Below, piece after piece: positions 1-9,898 of a stretch of 64,000 nt of DNA. The notes under the pieces were generated by a model. That model had not been told where the DNA came from. It did not search any database and saw only the letters and a list, made by a program, of their open reading frames with translations. How positions within the stretch are numbered: the stretch's first letter is position 1; every line of letters starts with the position of its first letter. The DNA comes from Arcobacteraceae bacterium (GTDB lineage Bacteria > Campylobacterota > Campylobacteria > Campylobacterales > Arcobacteraceae): assembly GCA_963662945.1 (NCBI GenBank), contig OY759974.1, positions 320,001 to 384,000 of the forward strand, read 5' to 3'. The position numbers and the translations under genes were made by a program.

Positions 1-307
1 GTGTGGTCAAAGGATTTGCATACTCAATAATTTTTTCTATAACTTTATCACTTTGATTATGAAGTGTAAATTTTATCCACACATCAAAATCTGGGGAATA
101 TCCAAAAGACAATCTCGATTGAGTGATTGTTTTAAACTCTATATCTTTTTCTTGAATATCTTCAATTGTCAGTGATTTAGTATTATCCTCATATATAAAT
201 GACTGTGATAATAACTCAATATTAGAACTCTTTTCATTGATTATTATAGGTGTTGCTTGAATAATAGTTGTAAGTAATATAAAAAATAGTAATTTTATTT
301 TTATCAT
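1..307 (-). CDS. 7TM-DISM-type sensor protein, N-terminal part only (runs off window start)
   Basis: Not in ORF track. Manual translation from ATG at 307 is open to the edge: MIKIKLLFFILLTTIIQATPIII...RLSFGYSPDFDVWIKFTLHN...IIEYANPLTT (signal peptide plus FGY..VWIKF pattern of the 7TMR-DISMED2 domain). Confidence 0.65.
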   Translation of the reverse strand, partial: MIKIKLLFFILLTTIIQATPIIINEKSSNIELLSQSFIYEDNTKSLTIEDIQEKDIEFKTITQSRLSFGYSPDFDVWIKFTLHNQSDKVIEKIIEYANPLTT

Positions 308-404
308 CGGTAGTTTTCCATGATGTATTTTATCAAAATTTCTTGAATACTTTGTCACATCAAATAAGTTTTGTTTAATTTTATTTGATGTCTATAATAA
401 TCTA

Positions 405-1940
405 TTATTTATATAAAACTCTTACAATACCAAAAATAAATAGTACTATTGCTATATTGTCATAATCTGAACTAAGCATAAGTAAAAAAAATCCACCAAG
501 CATAAAACTAAATCCATTTATAATCGGTTTTATATAGCTTTTTAACTCTTTTGAGATATATTCAAGTTGTCCTTTTGAGAGTTCAACTTCAAGAGTACCT
601 TCACTTGCTTTTTTTATGACTGTTTTAAAATCTTTTACAATAAATGGTATATCTTTTATCTCTTGTTGTAAAGTTTCTAAAATACTTTCTTTTGCTCCCA
701 ATGCCTTTGGGATATTTTTTTGTAAAATTGGTAATATATCTTTAATCCCATTGAAATTTTCAATATAGGTTGTTCCAAGTCCCTCAATTATAGCACTCAC
801 ACGAAGTATATAAATAGCATCACTAGGGAGTTTAAAAGGGAAATCTCTTGTCGTTTCAAGTACTTCAAATGCCAACTCTTGCATAGATTCGTTTGTGAGA
901 TTTTCATTTGAAAATATCTCAAACATCTTCGCTGTAAAGGTTGCTAATTCACCTAACGGTGCTTCATAGCTAATAGTTCCCAAGCGTTTATTTGCACTAA
1001 TATATGCTTCATAGTCTTGTTCATTTGCAGCTTTTAAAAGTTCTATTATTGCTATTCTTGTCTCATTTGGTACAGTTTTCACCATTCCAAAATCTAAAAA
1101 AACCAATCTAGATTCTTTTGTGATAAGGATATTTCCAGGATGTGGGTCTGCATGGAAATATCCATTGATAAGCATCTGTGTAGTATAAAAATTTACAAGT
1201 TCAGAGATAATAGCTTTAAAATCAATATTGTTTTTAAGAATATTTTCTTTGTCATCAAATCTATATCCCTCTTCAAAACTCATAACTATAGCATCTCTAC
1301 TACAAAACTGTTCATAAGGGGTAGGAAAGATTATATTGCTATTTTTGTAAGTATTAGCAAATTTTTTGAGATTGGATAATTCTATTGAGAGATTTACCTC
1401 TTGTAAAATCATCTTTGAAAATTCACTTATCACTGCATCAATTGAATTTTTTGTATAAAATGAAAAAAATGGTTTGAAAATTTTATTGAAATAATTAATG
1501 ATTCTTATATCTGCTACAACTTGCTCTTTGATCCCATATCTTTTGAGTTTTACAGCTACTTTAGTTCCATCTTGTAAGTAAGCACTATGTACTTGTCCTA
1601 TAGAAGCAGATGCTATAGGACTAGAATCAAAACTTTTAAAAATATCCTCTTTGAAACAGCTATGATAAACACTATCAAAGTGCTCTTTTTTCATAGCTGG
1701 TAGTTGGTCATGAAGCTCTTTTAACTCCACAAGATATTCTTGTGAAAAGAAATCTGCTCTTGTGGCTAAAACTTGTGCTAATTTAATAAAACTAGCTCCA
1801 AGCATTATGATAGTAATTTTTAGTTTTTTTGGTTTTAATGGCTTAAAAAAAAGAAAACTCTCTTTTTTCTTAATCACCATAAAAAGTGTCAGTAAAAAAG
1901 TAAAAACGCGATAAACTCTTAGTGGAGAATAAAATTTCAT
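405..1940 (-). CDS. AarF/UbiB/ABC1 family atypical kinase
   Basis: FIKLAQ, PIASASIGQVH, VAVK, FHADPHPGN and LDFGM motifs; C-terminal TM helices. Confidence 0.92.
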   Translation of the reverse strand: MKFYSPLRVYRVFTFLLTLFMVIKKKESFLFFKPLKPKKLKITIIMLGASFIKLAQVLATRADFFSQEYLVELKELHDQLPAMKKEHFDSVYHSCFKEDIFKSFDSSPIASASIGQVHSAYLQDGTKVAVKLKRYGIKEQVVADIRIINYFNKIFKPFFSFYTKNSIDAVISEFSKMILQEVNLSIELSNLKKFANTYKNSNIIFPTPYEQFCSRDAIVMSFEEGYRFDDKENILKNNIDFKAIISELVNFYTTQMLINGYFHADPHPGNILITKESRLVFLDFGMVKTVPNETRIAIIELLKAANEQDYEAYISANKRLGTISYEAPLGELATFTAKMFEIFSNENLTNESMQELAFEVLETTRDFPFKLPSDAIYILRVSAIIEGLGTTYIENFNGIKDILPILQKNIPKALGAKESILETLQQEIKDIPFIVKDFKTVIKKASEGTLEVELSKGQLEYISKELKSYIKPIINGFSFMLGGFFLLMLSSDYDNIAIVLFIFGIVRVLYK

Positions 1941-2200
1941 TTTAACTCTTGTTTGAGTTTCTCTAAATCCTCTTTTGTTGCAAGACCTAGTTCATCTATA
2001 ATCTCTTTTAGTGTAGTTTTTATCTTTTCTTTTATTTTGTCATCTTCCTCTTTCCCTTTGGCTTCAATTGATTTTAGAAAAGATTTTGCATCATCTTTTT
2101 TAATTTTCCCTTTCTCTTCAAGTTTTGAAAGTTCATCTTCAACTTTTTCTTTGAAAACAGTAGCAAAACCTACCCCGGTATAAAGTAATTCTTGTAACAT
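1937..2200 (-). CDS. phasin-like small protein
   Basis: LLYTGVGFA N-terminus and LGLATKEDL C-terminus; ATGA overlap with the AarF gene; AGGAG RBS. Confidence 0.65.
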   Translation of the reverse strand: MLQELLYTGVGFATVFKEKVEDELSKLEEKGKIKKDDAKSFLKSIEAKGKEEDDKIKEKIKTTLKEIIDELGLATKEDLEKLKQELK

Positions 2201-2294
2201 AATATCTCCTTTAATTTGTAATATTTTATTATTAAATTATTTTAGTATATAAAAGTTTTATTTGGTAGTTTTGAAATGTTAGTTAGTGATACTT

Positions 2295-3020
2295 TTAAAA
2301 TTCACTCATATAGGTTCTATAGATTAGAGGTACCATTTGTTGTTGCAGTTTTTTATTTGTTCGTGATTCTATTGCAACACTATTAAAAAAAGTTTTCCAA
2401 AGTGTACTAAACTTCTTTTCATCATCACTCACTTTTGGTTCTTGAAAACTCGCTATCTTTTGAATCCCTGTAAAGTTATCATCTTTTATAAAAGCTATCT
2501 CTCTTTTTATATCGTGGATAATATATCTTTGGTTGTTAAATCTTGCAAGAAAATGTTTTCCTAAAAAATAAACTACATTGAATTTTGTCTCAATTTTACC
2601 ATATAAAGTTCCATCATCAAGCTCTACAAATCTTATAAATCCACTCATCTTATGATTATGACGAAAAAGTTCTTTTTGGAGATTTTGTATATTTTGTACA
2701 AACGAGATATTGATATTGGATAACTCTCTTTGATTTTTAAATCCCAAGATAATAAAGTGTAATAGATCAAGCTCAAAATATACACTATCACACATAAAGA
2801 TATTTAAAATAGTTTCAAAATTTCTTTTGGTAAATTTTGTTTTCATTGCTTCAAGTACTTTTAGGGAGTTTTGTTCATCATATTCTATAGTTACAATATC
2901 ATCTAGTATAAGTGTATCTGGTAACTCTTTGGTTATAACTAATGGTTGTATCTTTTTATAATATACCTCATGAACTAAAGATAAAAATCCTTCAAAAGTT
3001 CCATCATATACTAACGTCAT
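2295..3020 (-). CDS. TIGR03915/DUF4130 family putative DNA repair protein
   Basis: YDGTFEGFL start, HKMSGFIRF, HFLARF, LWKTFF...I..R.N.KLQQQMVP; overlaps the radical SAM gene. Confidence 0.9.
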   Translation of the reverse strand: MTLVYDGTFEGFLSLVHEVYYKKIQPLVITKELPDTLILDDIVTIEYDEQNSLKVLEAMKTKFTKRNFETILNIFMCDSVYFELDLLHFIILGFKNQRELSNINISFVQNIQNLQKELFRHNHKMSGFIRFVELDDGTLYGKIETKFNVVYFLGKHFLARFNNQRYIIHDIKREIAFIKDDNFTGIQKIASFQEPKVSDDEKKFSTLWKTFFNSVAIESRTNKKLQQQMVPLIYRTYMSEF

Positions 3021-4255
3021 ATCTCACCTGTAATAGCACTATAATCTAGATCAAACAAAGAGAGCTCTTTTGGTTTAGGTGGTTGTAAAAAATCTAATTT
3101 GATATTTTCTCGATACATTGGTATCTCTTTTTGATATTTTCCATTACACACTATAAAATATCGAGCTTTTTTTGTAGAAATCTTGAGTTTTTTCAGATCA
3201 TCAAATGAGAGCTTTTTAAATCTTCTAGCATTGATAATCTTATATGCACCCCTTACTCCAATCCCTGGTATTCGGATAAGTTCCTCCAAAGATACTTTGT
3301 TTATCTCCATAGGAAAGTATTGCATATTATTTAAAGCCCATACCATTTTAGGATCAAGCTCCTCATCTAGATTTGGATTCTCACTATTGAGTATCTCATC
3401 TGCTTTAAAGTTATAAAACCGCAAAAGCCAATCAGCTTGATAAAGGCGATGTTCCCTTAAAAGTGGTGGTTTACTATCTCCTATTATTGGAAGATTTTTA
3501 TCATTATTTACAGGGATATAGGCACTATAATATACCCTTTTTAATAACGCTTTGTCATACATCGCTGAACTTAAGTTGAGTATCTCCATATCTGTTTCTG
3601 GTGTGGCTCCTACTATTAGTTGTGTGGACATACCTATAGGTTTATTTGATGATTCCATACTTATTTCACGCGCTAATTTTAGGGGTTGTAGAACTTTCTC
3701 TTTTGTTTTATTTGGGGCTAAGAGTTTAAGACTTTTATCACTTGGAAGTTCTATATTTGAACTCACACGACTAGCCAGTTGAACAACTTCTTCTATCAGT
3801 CTTGCGTCACTTCCAGGTATTAGTTTTACATGGATGTAGCCATTGAACTTATACTCATGCCTTAAAATTTTTAAGGTTCGCAGGATCAGGTTCATAGTAT
3901 GGTCTTCATTATCTATAATACCACTACTTAAAAAAAGTCCCTCTATATAATTTCTCTTATAAAAGTTTATAGTAATATCTGCTAACTCTCTTGGAGCAAA
4001 GGCCGCTCTTGGAATATCATTTGATTCTCGATTTATACAATAAGCACAATCATAGATACAAAAATTTGTAAGTAGTACCTTTAGAAGCGATACACATCTT
4101 CCATCAGCTGTAAAAGTGTGACAGATACCACTGTTGTGTGTAGCTCCTAGCTCTCCTGTTTTGTAGTTATTTTCTGTACCACTTGAACTACAACTCACAT
4201 CATACTTAGCACTATCACTTAAGATTTTCATCTTATCATATATATCTTTTCTCAT
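3017..4255 (-). CDS. TIGR03916 family putative DNA modification/repair radical SAM protein
   Basis: AKYDVSCSSSG, CIYDCAYC (CxxxCxxC), REHRLYQADWLLRFY, HhH motif IPGIG. Confidence 0.93.
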   Translation of the reverse strand: MRKDIYDKMKILSDSAKYDVSCSSSGTENNYKTGELGATHNSGICHTFTADGRCVSLLKVLLTNFCIYDCAYCINRESNDIPRAAFAPRELADITINFYKRNYIEGLFLSSGIIDNEDHTMNLILRTLKILRHEYKFNGYIHVKLIPGSDARLIEEVVQLASRVSSNIELPSDKSLKLLAPNKTKEKVLQPLKLAREISMESSNKPIGMSTQLIVGATPETDMEILNLSSAMYDKALLKRVYYSAYIPVNNDKNLPIIGDSKPPLLREHRLYQADWLLRFYNFKADEILNSENPNLDEELDPKMVWALNNMQYFPMEINKVSLEELIRIPGIGVRGAYKIINARRFKKLSFDDLKKLKISTKKARYFIVCNGKYQKEIPMYRENIKLDFLQPPKPKELSLFDLDYSAITGEI

Positions 4256-4311
4256 AAGGGTATTTTAGCTTGTTTTTTTCTTGCTATTAAAATATATTGC
4301 AAATTGACAGA

Positions 4312-4521
4312 TTATTTGTTTGGTAAAGTATTTATCACTACTTTTTCACCATCTACCACATATTCAAACTTATGTTTTTTACAAAACTTTTCATCACCTT
4401 GTACGCACATATTTTGCGCTATTTCAAAAGCTTCTTCTATAGTATCAAAACAAAGCTCTTTTGTCCAAGATTTTCTTTTTTTTCCACAACTACACATATT
4501 GTTTATCTCTATTTTTGTCAT
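4312..4521 (-). CDS. small Cys-rich hypothetical protein
   Basis: 69 aa, GAGG RBS, CSC and FCKKH motifs. Confidence 0.65.
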   Translation of the reverse strand: MTKIEINNMCSCGKKRKSWTKELCFDTIEEAFEIAQNMCVQGDEKFCKKHKFEYVVDGEKVVINTLPNK

Positions 4522-4653
4522 TAGGTTTCCTCGTATAATAAATTTTTGAATAATACGATAAGTTTTGGATTTTTTGTATATTTAAAATGTTAGTTTGGTA
4601 CTATAAAAATATCTTCATAGAGTTTATGAGAATTATTTTCACATAAGTACACA

Positions 4654-5100
4654 CTATCTCTTTTCAAGTAATAATTTGGTTTGTTTATGGCGATAGGTAA
4701 ACATATTTTCTATATCTTTTTTGATTAAAGGTGCGATTATTTTTCCAAATATCCCAAAAGGTAGTTGATATTTTATAGCATCTTTAAGTTCACACATACT
4801 TCCTTTTTGTGTAAAGATATGTTGATGTTCCCAAAATGGAAAGGGAGACTTAATAGCCACATCAACCATCAAGTTTGGGTATTGGTATTTTTCGATTTTT
4901 ACTATCCAATTTATGGGGACAAAAGCTCTTGTGGTTTTTAACTTTATTACTTTTCCCTCATAGGTTTTTTCTTCATAATCTAAGAGTTCAACTTTTGTAT
5001 GTTTTGGTGTTATAAGTTTAATATTATTGGTATCTAGATGAAAATTAAAAAGCTCCTCTAAAGTACAATTTATAAGTATAGATTGTGTAATAGTTTCCAT
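4654..5100 (-). CDS. SRPBCC/polyketide cyclase-like family protein
   Basis: LFNFH..NIKLITP, SPFPFWEHQHIF, MFTYRH. Confidence 0.85.
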   Translation of the reverse strand: METITQSILINCTLEELFNFHLDTNNIKLITPKHTKVELLDYEEKTYEGKVIKLKTTRAFVPINWIVKIEKYQYPNLMVDVAIKSPFPFWEHQHIFTQKGSMCELKDAIKYQLPFGIFGKIIAPLIKKDIENMFTYRHKQTKLLLEKR

Positions 5101-5101
5101 G

Positions 5102-5638
5102 TTACTTCAATAACTCTACAATATCTTGTTCAATTTGTTGTGGTGTAGTAGATGGGGCATATCTTTTGATAACTTTTCCATTTTTATCAACTAAAAATTT
5201 TGTAAAATTCCATTTAATAATATCTGTTCCCATAAAACCTTGAGAATTGTTTTTTAAATACTTATAAAGCTCGTGAGTATTTTCACCATTTACATCTATT
5301 TTACTAAACATATCAAATTTTACACCATAGGTTAAACTACAAAACTCTTTTATCTCATTTTCTGTTCCTGGTTCTTGTGCTAAGAATTGATTACATGGAA
5401 ATCCTAATATTGCTAAGCCCTTATCTGCATAGTTTTCATGTAGTTTCTCAAGCCCCTCATATTGTCCTGTAAATCCACACTTACTAGCTACATTTACTAT
5501 TAACATCACTTTATTTTTATACTTTTCTAAAGTAAACTCAGCCCCATTTATATCTTTTACTTTTATATCATATATACTCATACTCTGACCTCCTAGTAAT
5601 ATATTTATTACCAATATTATTGTAACGATTATTTTCAT
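5102..5638 (-). CDS. glutathione peroxidase family protein with N-terminal hydrophobic leader
   Basis: NVASKCGFT, GFPCNQF, KWNFTKFL motifs. Confidence 0.95.
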   Translation of the reverse strand: MKIIVTIILVINILLGGQSMSIYDIKVKDINGAEFTLEKYKNKVMLIVNVASKCGFTGQYEGLEKLHENYADKGLAILGFPCNQFLAQEPGTENEIKEFCSLTYGVKFDMFSKIDVNGENTHELYKYLKNNSQGFMGTDIIKWNFTKFLVDKNGKVIKRYAPSTTPQQIEQDIVELLK

Positions 5639-5654
5639 CTTTTTTCCTTTTACT

Positions 5655-6296
5655 TTATGGCTCTAACCTGTGTATATCCCAATTATTATCATCTTGTAAA
5701 GTGTACTTAAATCTATCATGAAGTCTATCTTTCCCACCTTGCCAAAACTCAAAAAGTGTAGGTTTTATAATATATCCACCCCATTTATCTGGAAATGGAA
5801 TCTCTCCTTTTGCAAATTTTTTTCTTATTTGATCAAATTTTTGCTCTAGGATACTTCGTGAACTAACAACTTCACTTTGATGAGATACCCAAGCTCCTAT
5901 TTGACTTCCTCGTGGACGACTTAAAAAATATTTTAAAGATTCAGTTTTACTTATCTCTTCAATTGTACCCTCAATGCGAAGCTGTCTTTCAAGTCCAAGC
6001 CAAGCAAAGTGAGCTGCAACAAAGTTATTTTGTGATATTTGTTGTGACTTTTTACTTCCATAGTTTGAAAAAAATACAAAACCACTTTCATCATATCTTT
6101 TTAATAAAACTGTTCTTTGACTTGGTTTTAAATCAGTTCCAACTGTAGCTAGAGTAAAGGCATTTGGTTCAATAAGTTTTGCTTCAACTGCTTGATTAAA
6201 CCACAATTCAAATTGTCCAAATGGGTTGTTATCTAAATCTTCTCTATGAAGTCCTTTTGTTGTATATTCTTGTCTCATTGTTGTTAAATCTGCCAT
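5655..6296 (-). CDS. pdxH: pyridoxamine 5'-phosphate oxidase
   Basis: RTVLLK, YFLSRPRGSQIGAW, EFWQG..RLHDR. Confidence 0.95.
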   Translation of the reverse strand: MADLTTMRQEYTTKGLHREDLDNNPFGQFELWFNQAVEAKLIEPNAFTLATVGTDLKPSQRTVLLKRYDESGFVFFSNYGSKKSQQISQNNFVAAHFAWLGLERQLRIEGTIEEISKTESLKYFLSRPRGSQIGAWVSHQSEVVSSRSILEQKFDQIRKKFAKGEIPFPDKWGGYIIKPTLFEFWQGGKDRLHDRFKYTLQDDNNWDIHRLEP

Positions 6297-6308
6297 CTTT
6301 TTTCCTTT

Positions 6309-6593
6309 TTACCAAGGACCTTGAAACCTATTTGGTTTATGGTCACATTTTTTGATATGTTTTGTAACTCTACTCTGAACCCTTTTTCTCCACCTATCAT
6401 AAGCTTTTTTGCTTATAAGTTTTCTCATTTTGTTTTTTACTTGGTTTTCAGTTAAACCATATTGTGCATATATTATATCAAATGGCAACCTATCTTGCCA
6501 AGCCATTTCGATGAGTCGATTTTCATCAAACTCCTCGAAAGTCAAGTCTCTTTGTTTTATAGGTTTTAGTTTTTCTTTTCTTTTGTAGTTCAT
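6309..6593 (-). CDS. TIGR03643/DUF2805 family protein
   Basis: RLIEMAWQDRLPF..I..QYGL.E, WRKRV..R.TKH. Confidence 0.85.
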   Translation of the reverse strand: MNYKRKEKLKPIKQRDLTFEEFDENRLIEMAWQDRLPFDIIYAQYGLTENQVKNKMRKLISKKAYDRWRKRVQSRVTKHIKKCDHKPNRFQGPW

Positions 6594-6607
6594 TGATAAT
6601 TCTTTTA

Positions 6608-6919
6608 TTAAGATACTTTATAATCTTGTAATATTTTACAATTATTACAATTCATGAGTATCTCATCTTGGTTGCATATTACACAAGGGTGTAATTCTGA
6701 GAAGACTCTTTTAACTATTGTATTGTTTGAATTATTAACAGCTACATAAGAAACATTCATAACTGGGTCAAAAGAGAGTTTTTGTAGTGTTTTCAAAGAG
6801 GTATAAATGTTTTTTGCAACAACTCTTCGTATTCTTGAAGACGGGTGTTGAGATAGCTCTGACAAAACATTTTTATCTGTTGAATTTTTTGCAATTTTTA
6901 AAAGTTCAATTGTTGACAT
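6608..6919 (-). CDS. hypothetical protein with LRV/HEAT-like repeats and two C-terminal CxxC motifs
   Basis: RRVVAKN and LSFDP..NV repeats; HPCVIC...CNNC. Confidence 0.6.
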   Translation of the reverse strand: MSTIELLKIAKNSTDKNVLSELSQHPSSRIRRVVAKNIYTSLKTLQKLSFDPVMNVSYVAVNNSNNTIVKRVFSELHPCVICNQDEILMNCNNCKILQDYKVS

Positions 6920-7009
6920 ACTATACCTTTTTTCAAATATTTTTGTAATTGTATAATTTTTTAAAATAACTTTGTAGTAGTATTATATCGGTTGATAAAC
7001 ATTTATCTA

Positions 7010-7366
7010 CTACTCTACTATAAAGTCTTGTAAATTTGTTTTCCCATAGGTTATTTCAGAATTGGCATCTTTTATTTTTTTTGCTACAACTCCTATAAGA
7101 GTTTTTACACCATTTGTTTTTTCTGGGTCTGTTAATGGAAGTAATCTTACAGTTACAGCTTCCCCTTTACTTGAAAGTTGTATAAAAAAGTTTTGTGATT
7201 TCCCATTTTCAACAGCAATACTCTCAAGTAAAGCAGAACTTTCTCTATGATTTATATATTTATCTGTTATTTTTAAAATACCTTTTTCTATTGGTTGTAC
7301 AAATAACTCAATGGCATCATAACACTCTTTTACATTTTTTGCTTTTTCTAAAACTATATGTGGCAT
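7010..7366 (-). CDS. hypothetical protein
   Basis: 118-aa ORF with AAGGA RBS and its own -10. Confidence 0.7.
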   Translation of the reverse strand: MPHIVLEKAKNVKECYDAIELFVQPIEKGILKITDKYINHRESSALLESIAVENGKSQNFFIQLSSKGEAVTVRLLPLTDPEKTNGVKTLIGVVAKKIKDANSEITYGKTNLQDFIVE

Positions 7367-7466
7367 ACTTTTTTCCTTTATTATTCTATACTAGTTCATT
7401 ATATAATTTTTTTTGATAACTTTGTAGTTAAATTTTGTTTGTTTATATACTTTATAAAATTAGGGG

Positions 7467-8759
7467 TTATTTTTCTATAAATAAAAGTAGTTTTTCATCT
7501 ACTAAAGCTTCTACTTTATCTCTACCACTATGTTTTGCTTTATAAAGTGCTTTGTCTGTTTTTGCAAACAATGACTTTTTATTATCACTATGTTTAAAAT
7601 AACTTACTCCAAAACTTGCTGTTAGTTTTATAGATTGAAAATCGTGTTGTTTAATAATAGATTTTAACTTTTCACATATATCTATAGTTTCATCGATATT
7701 TTTATCAATTATTAAAGCAAATTCTTCCCCACCCCATCTAAAAAACTGATCATTGTCTCTAATATTTTCTCTAATTAGCCTTGCAAACTCTTTTAAAATA
7801 AAATCTCCTTTTTCATGACCATGCTTATCATTAATAACTTTAAAATGATCAATATCTATTAGAACAAGAGAAAATATTTCTTGATTTAATCTATAGCCCT
7901 CAATTTTTTCATCTATTGTTTTATCAAATTTTCTTCTATTGAATATATTTGTTAGTGGGTCTATATAAATCTCTTTTTTTAAATCCTCTTCATACTTTTT
8001 TTGTTTCGATATATCTTGGGAAATACTTACATAATAGATACTACTTCCATTATCATCTTTAATAGTTGTAATATGTTTTTTATCATAAAAAAATGTTCCA
8101 TCTTTTTTTTTACTTTCAAACACACCACTAAAACTTCCATTTTTTAAAAGGGTACGCCACATAGTTTTATAAAACTCATCATCTTGCATATCTGATTTTA
8201 AGATTCTTGAGTGTTTTCCTGTAAGTTCATCTTTCCCATAGCCTAATGTAGTATTAAATGTTTTATTTGTATAAACTATCACACCATTTAAATCAGTCAC
8301 TAAAATGAGATTATTTGAATTTTCTACAATAGAACTTAGTAATTTTTCATTTTCAAATTTTATTTTTTGGTCTATTATTTTTTGAAAAGATATGTATGCA
8401 ATTGTATTGTTATTTTTATCTTTTAAAGGTGATATTGACCATTTTACATTATAGCTACTACCATCTTTTCTATAATTTACACTTTGTCCTATAAAATCGT
8501 TACCATCAATGAGTTCTCTTTTTAACTCATTGAGTATTTTATAATTAGACTCTTCTCCTTGAAGAATTTTAGGATTTTGACCTATAAGTTCTTCTTGTAA
8601 ATAGCCTGTTTCTAAACAAAAAATAGAATTTACATATATAAATTTTATCCCATTATCCCAGTTTGCATCTGTTATAGCAATAGGCTCTATACTATTTTCA
8701 AAAGCATTGAGAAGTGAATTTATATTTGATAATTCTAAAAGTTTATTACATTGAGACAA
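7467..8759 (-). CDS. PAS-PAS-GGDEF diguanylate cyclase
   Basis: Two PAS domains; DPLT..FNRR, DIDHFK.IND..GH, RWGGEEF. Confidence 0.92.
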   Translation of the reverse strand: MSQCNKLLELSNINSLLNAFENSIEPIAITDANWDNGIKFIYVNSIFCLETGYLQEELIGQNPKILQGEESNYKILNELKRELIDGNDFIGQSVNYRKDGSSYNVKWSISPLKDKNNNTIAYISFQKIIDQKIKFENEKLLSSIVENSNNLILVTDLNGVIVYTNKTFNTTLGYGKDELTGKHSRILKSDMQDDEFYKTMWRTLLKNGSFSGVFESKKKDGTFFYDKKHITTIKDDNGSSIYYVSISQDISKQKKYEEDLKKEIYIDPLTNIFNRRKFDKTIDEKIEGYRLNQEIFSLVLIDIDHFKVINDKHGHEKGDFILKEFARLIRENIRDNDQFFRWGGEEFALIIDKNIDETIDICEKLKSIIKQHDFQSIKLTASFGVSYFKHSDNKKSLFAKTDKALYKAKHSGRDKVEALVDEKLLLFIEK

Positions 8760-8760
8760 T

Positions 8761-9819
8761 TTATACCCTTCTTATAGGTTCAGCAGTAGGTTTTGCAAAA
8801 TAGTATCCTTGAGCTAAATCAACCCCAATACTTTTGATTGTTTCAAGTTCATAAACTGTTTCAATTCCCTCTGCTAATACTGTTATATTATGTTCCTTTG
8901 CTAAATTGTACAATGCTTTATATACTGATTGTTTCAGCTCATTTGTATCTATTCCACTTATAATATTTCTATCTATTTTTATAATATCAGGCTTTAGTTC
9001 AATAAGCATATTTAAACTAGAATACCCTTCACCCACATCATCTAAAGCTATTTTAAATCCTTTTGCTCTGTAGTATTCTAAAATACTTTTAAGATGTGCT
9101 TGATCTTTTACAAGTTCTGTTTCAACAACTTCAAATACTATTTGAGATGGGTCAAATTCTAATTGTTTTGCCCATTTTACAGTTGAGTTTAAACAAAATT
9201 CTGGATCATAGATAGATGTTGGGATAAAGTTTATAAATACTTTTTGGTGAACTTTTTTTGTAGCTGCTGTTTTTAAAGCACTCTCTCTACAAAGTCTATC
9301 AAGTTTAAAATTAAAATCATTCTGTTTTGATTTTCTAAATAGTTCGTCCGGATACATTAAACTTCCATCCTCTTTTACACCACGTGCAAGGGTTTCATAT
9401 CCATAAATTTGATTATCATTCATATCAATAATAGGTTGAAAATGTACTGTTAAAGATTCATTATTTACTATATCAAAAAAGTCTTGGTCGTCAAATAGAT
9501 TTATATATCTTTGCAGTGGTTTAGCTGTTAAGATTGATTGGAAGTTAAAGTGCTTTTCATCATCAGAGATAAATACTTTAATAGTATCTCTTTCAAGCTC
9601 TTTAAAGTAATTTTTAAATGCATCCAAGTTTTCACAAAAAAACTCTTGAACATTATTAGTTCTAATACTAATAAGTCCATTAAGGTTTTCAGGATTTAAT
9701 TGAAGTTTATTTAAAAACTGTTCTGATTTTATCATCAGTTCTTCAATCTCACTTATAAAAAATATGATACCATCACTATTTTTTAAGATAAATTTTTCAC
9801 TACATTTTGTACAAGCCAT
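8761..9819 (-). CDS. EAL-domain c-di-GMP phosphodiesterase
   Basis: FQPI, ETLAR, IALDDVGEG, IKIDR, AEGIE, QGYYF; N-terminal CxxC. Confidence 0.92.
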   Translation of the reverse strand: MACTKCSEKFILKNSDGIIFFISEIEELMIKSEQFLNKLQLNPENLNGLISIRTNNVQEFFCENLDAFKNYFKELERDTIKVFISDDEKHFNFQSILTAKPLQRYINLFDDQDFFDIVNNESLTVHFQPIIDMNDNQIYGYETLARGVKEDGSLMYPDELFRKSKQNDFNFKLDRLCRESALKTAATKKVHQKVFINFIPTSIYDPEFCLNSTVKWAKQLEFDPSQIVFEVVETELVKDQAHLKSILEYYRAKGFKIALDDVGEGYSSLNMLIELKPDIIKIDRNIISGIDTNELKQSVYKALYNLAKEHNITVLAEGIETVYELETIKSIGVDLAQGYYFAKPTAEPIRRV

Positions 9820-9898
9820 TATAGTCTCCTTTAATTACTTTTTAATATTTTATCTAATAGGAGTAAGGGTTTGTAGTGTTTATGTGTGAGTTAAAAAG

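Noticed and set aside
357-391. Perfect 11-bp inverted repeat ACATCAAATAA-N13-TTATTTGATGT after the AarF gene
   Set aside because: Could be a weak terminator or operator, but it is AT-rich, has no U-tract on the coding strand and no second copy, so no function can be supported
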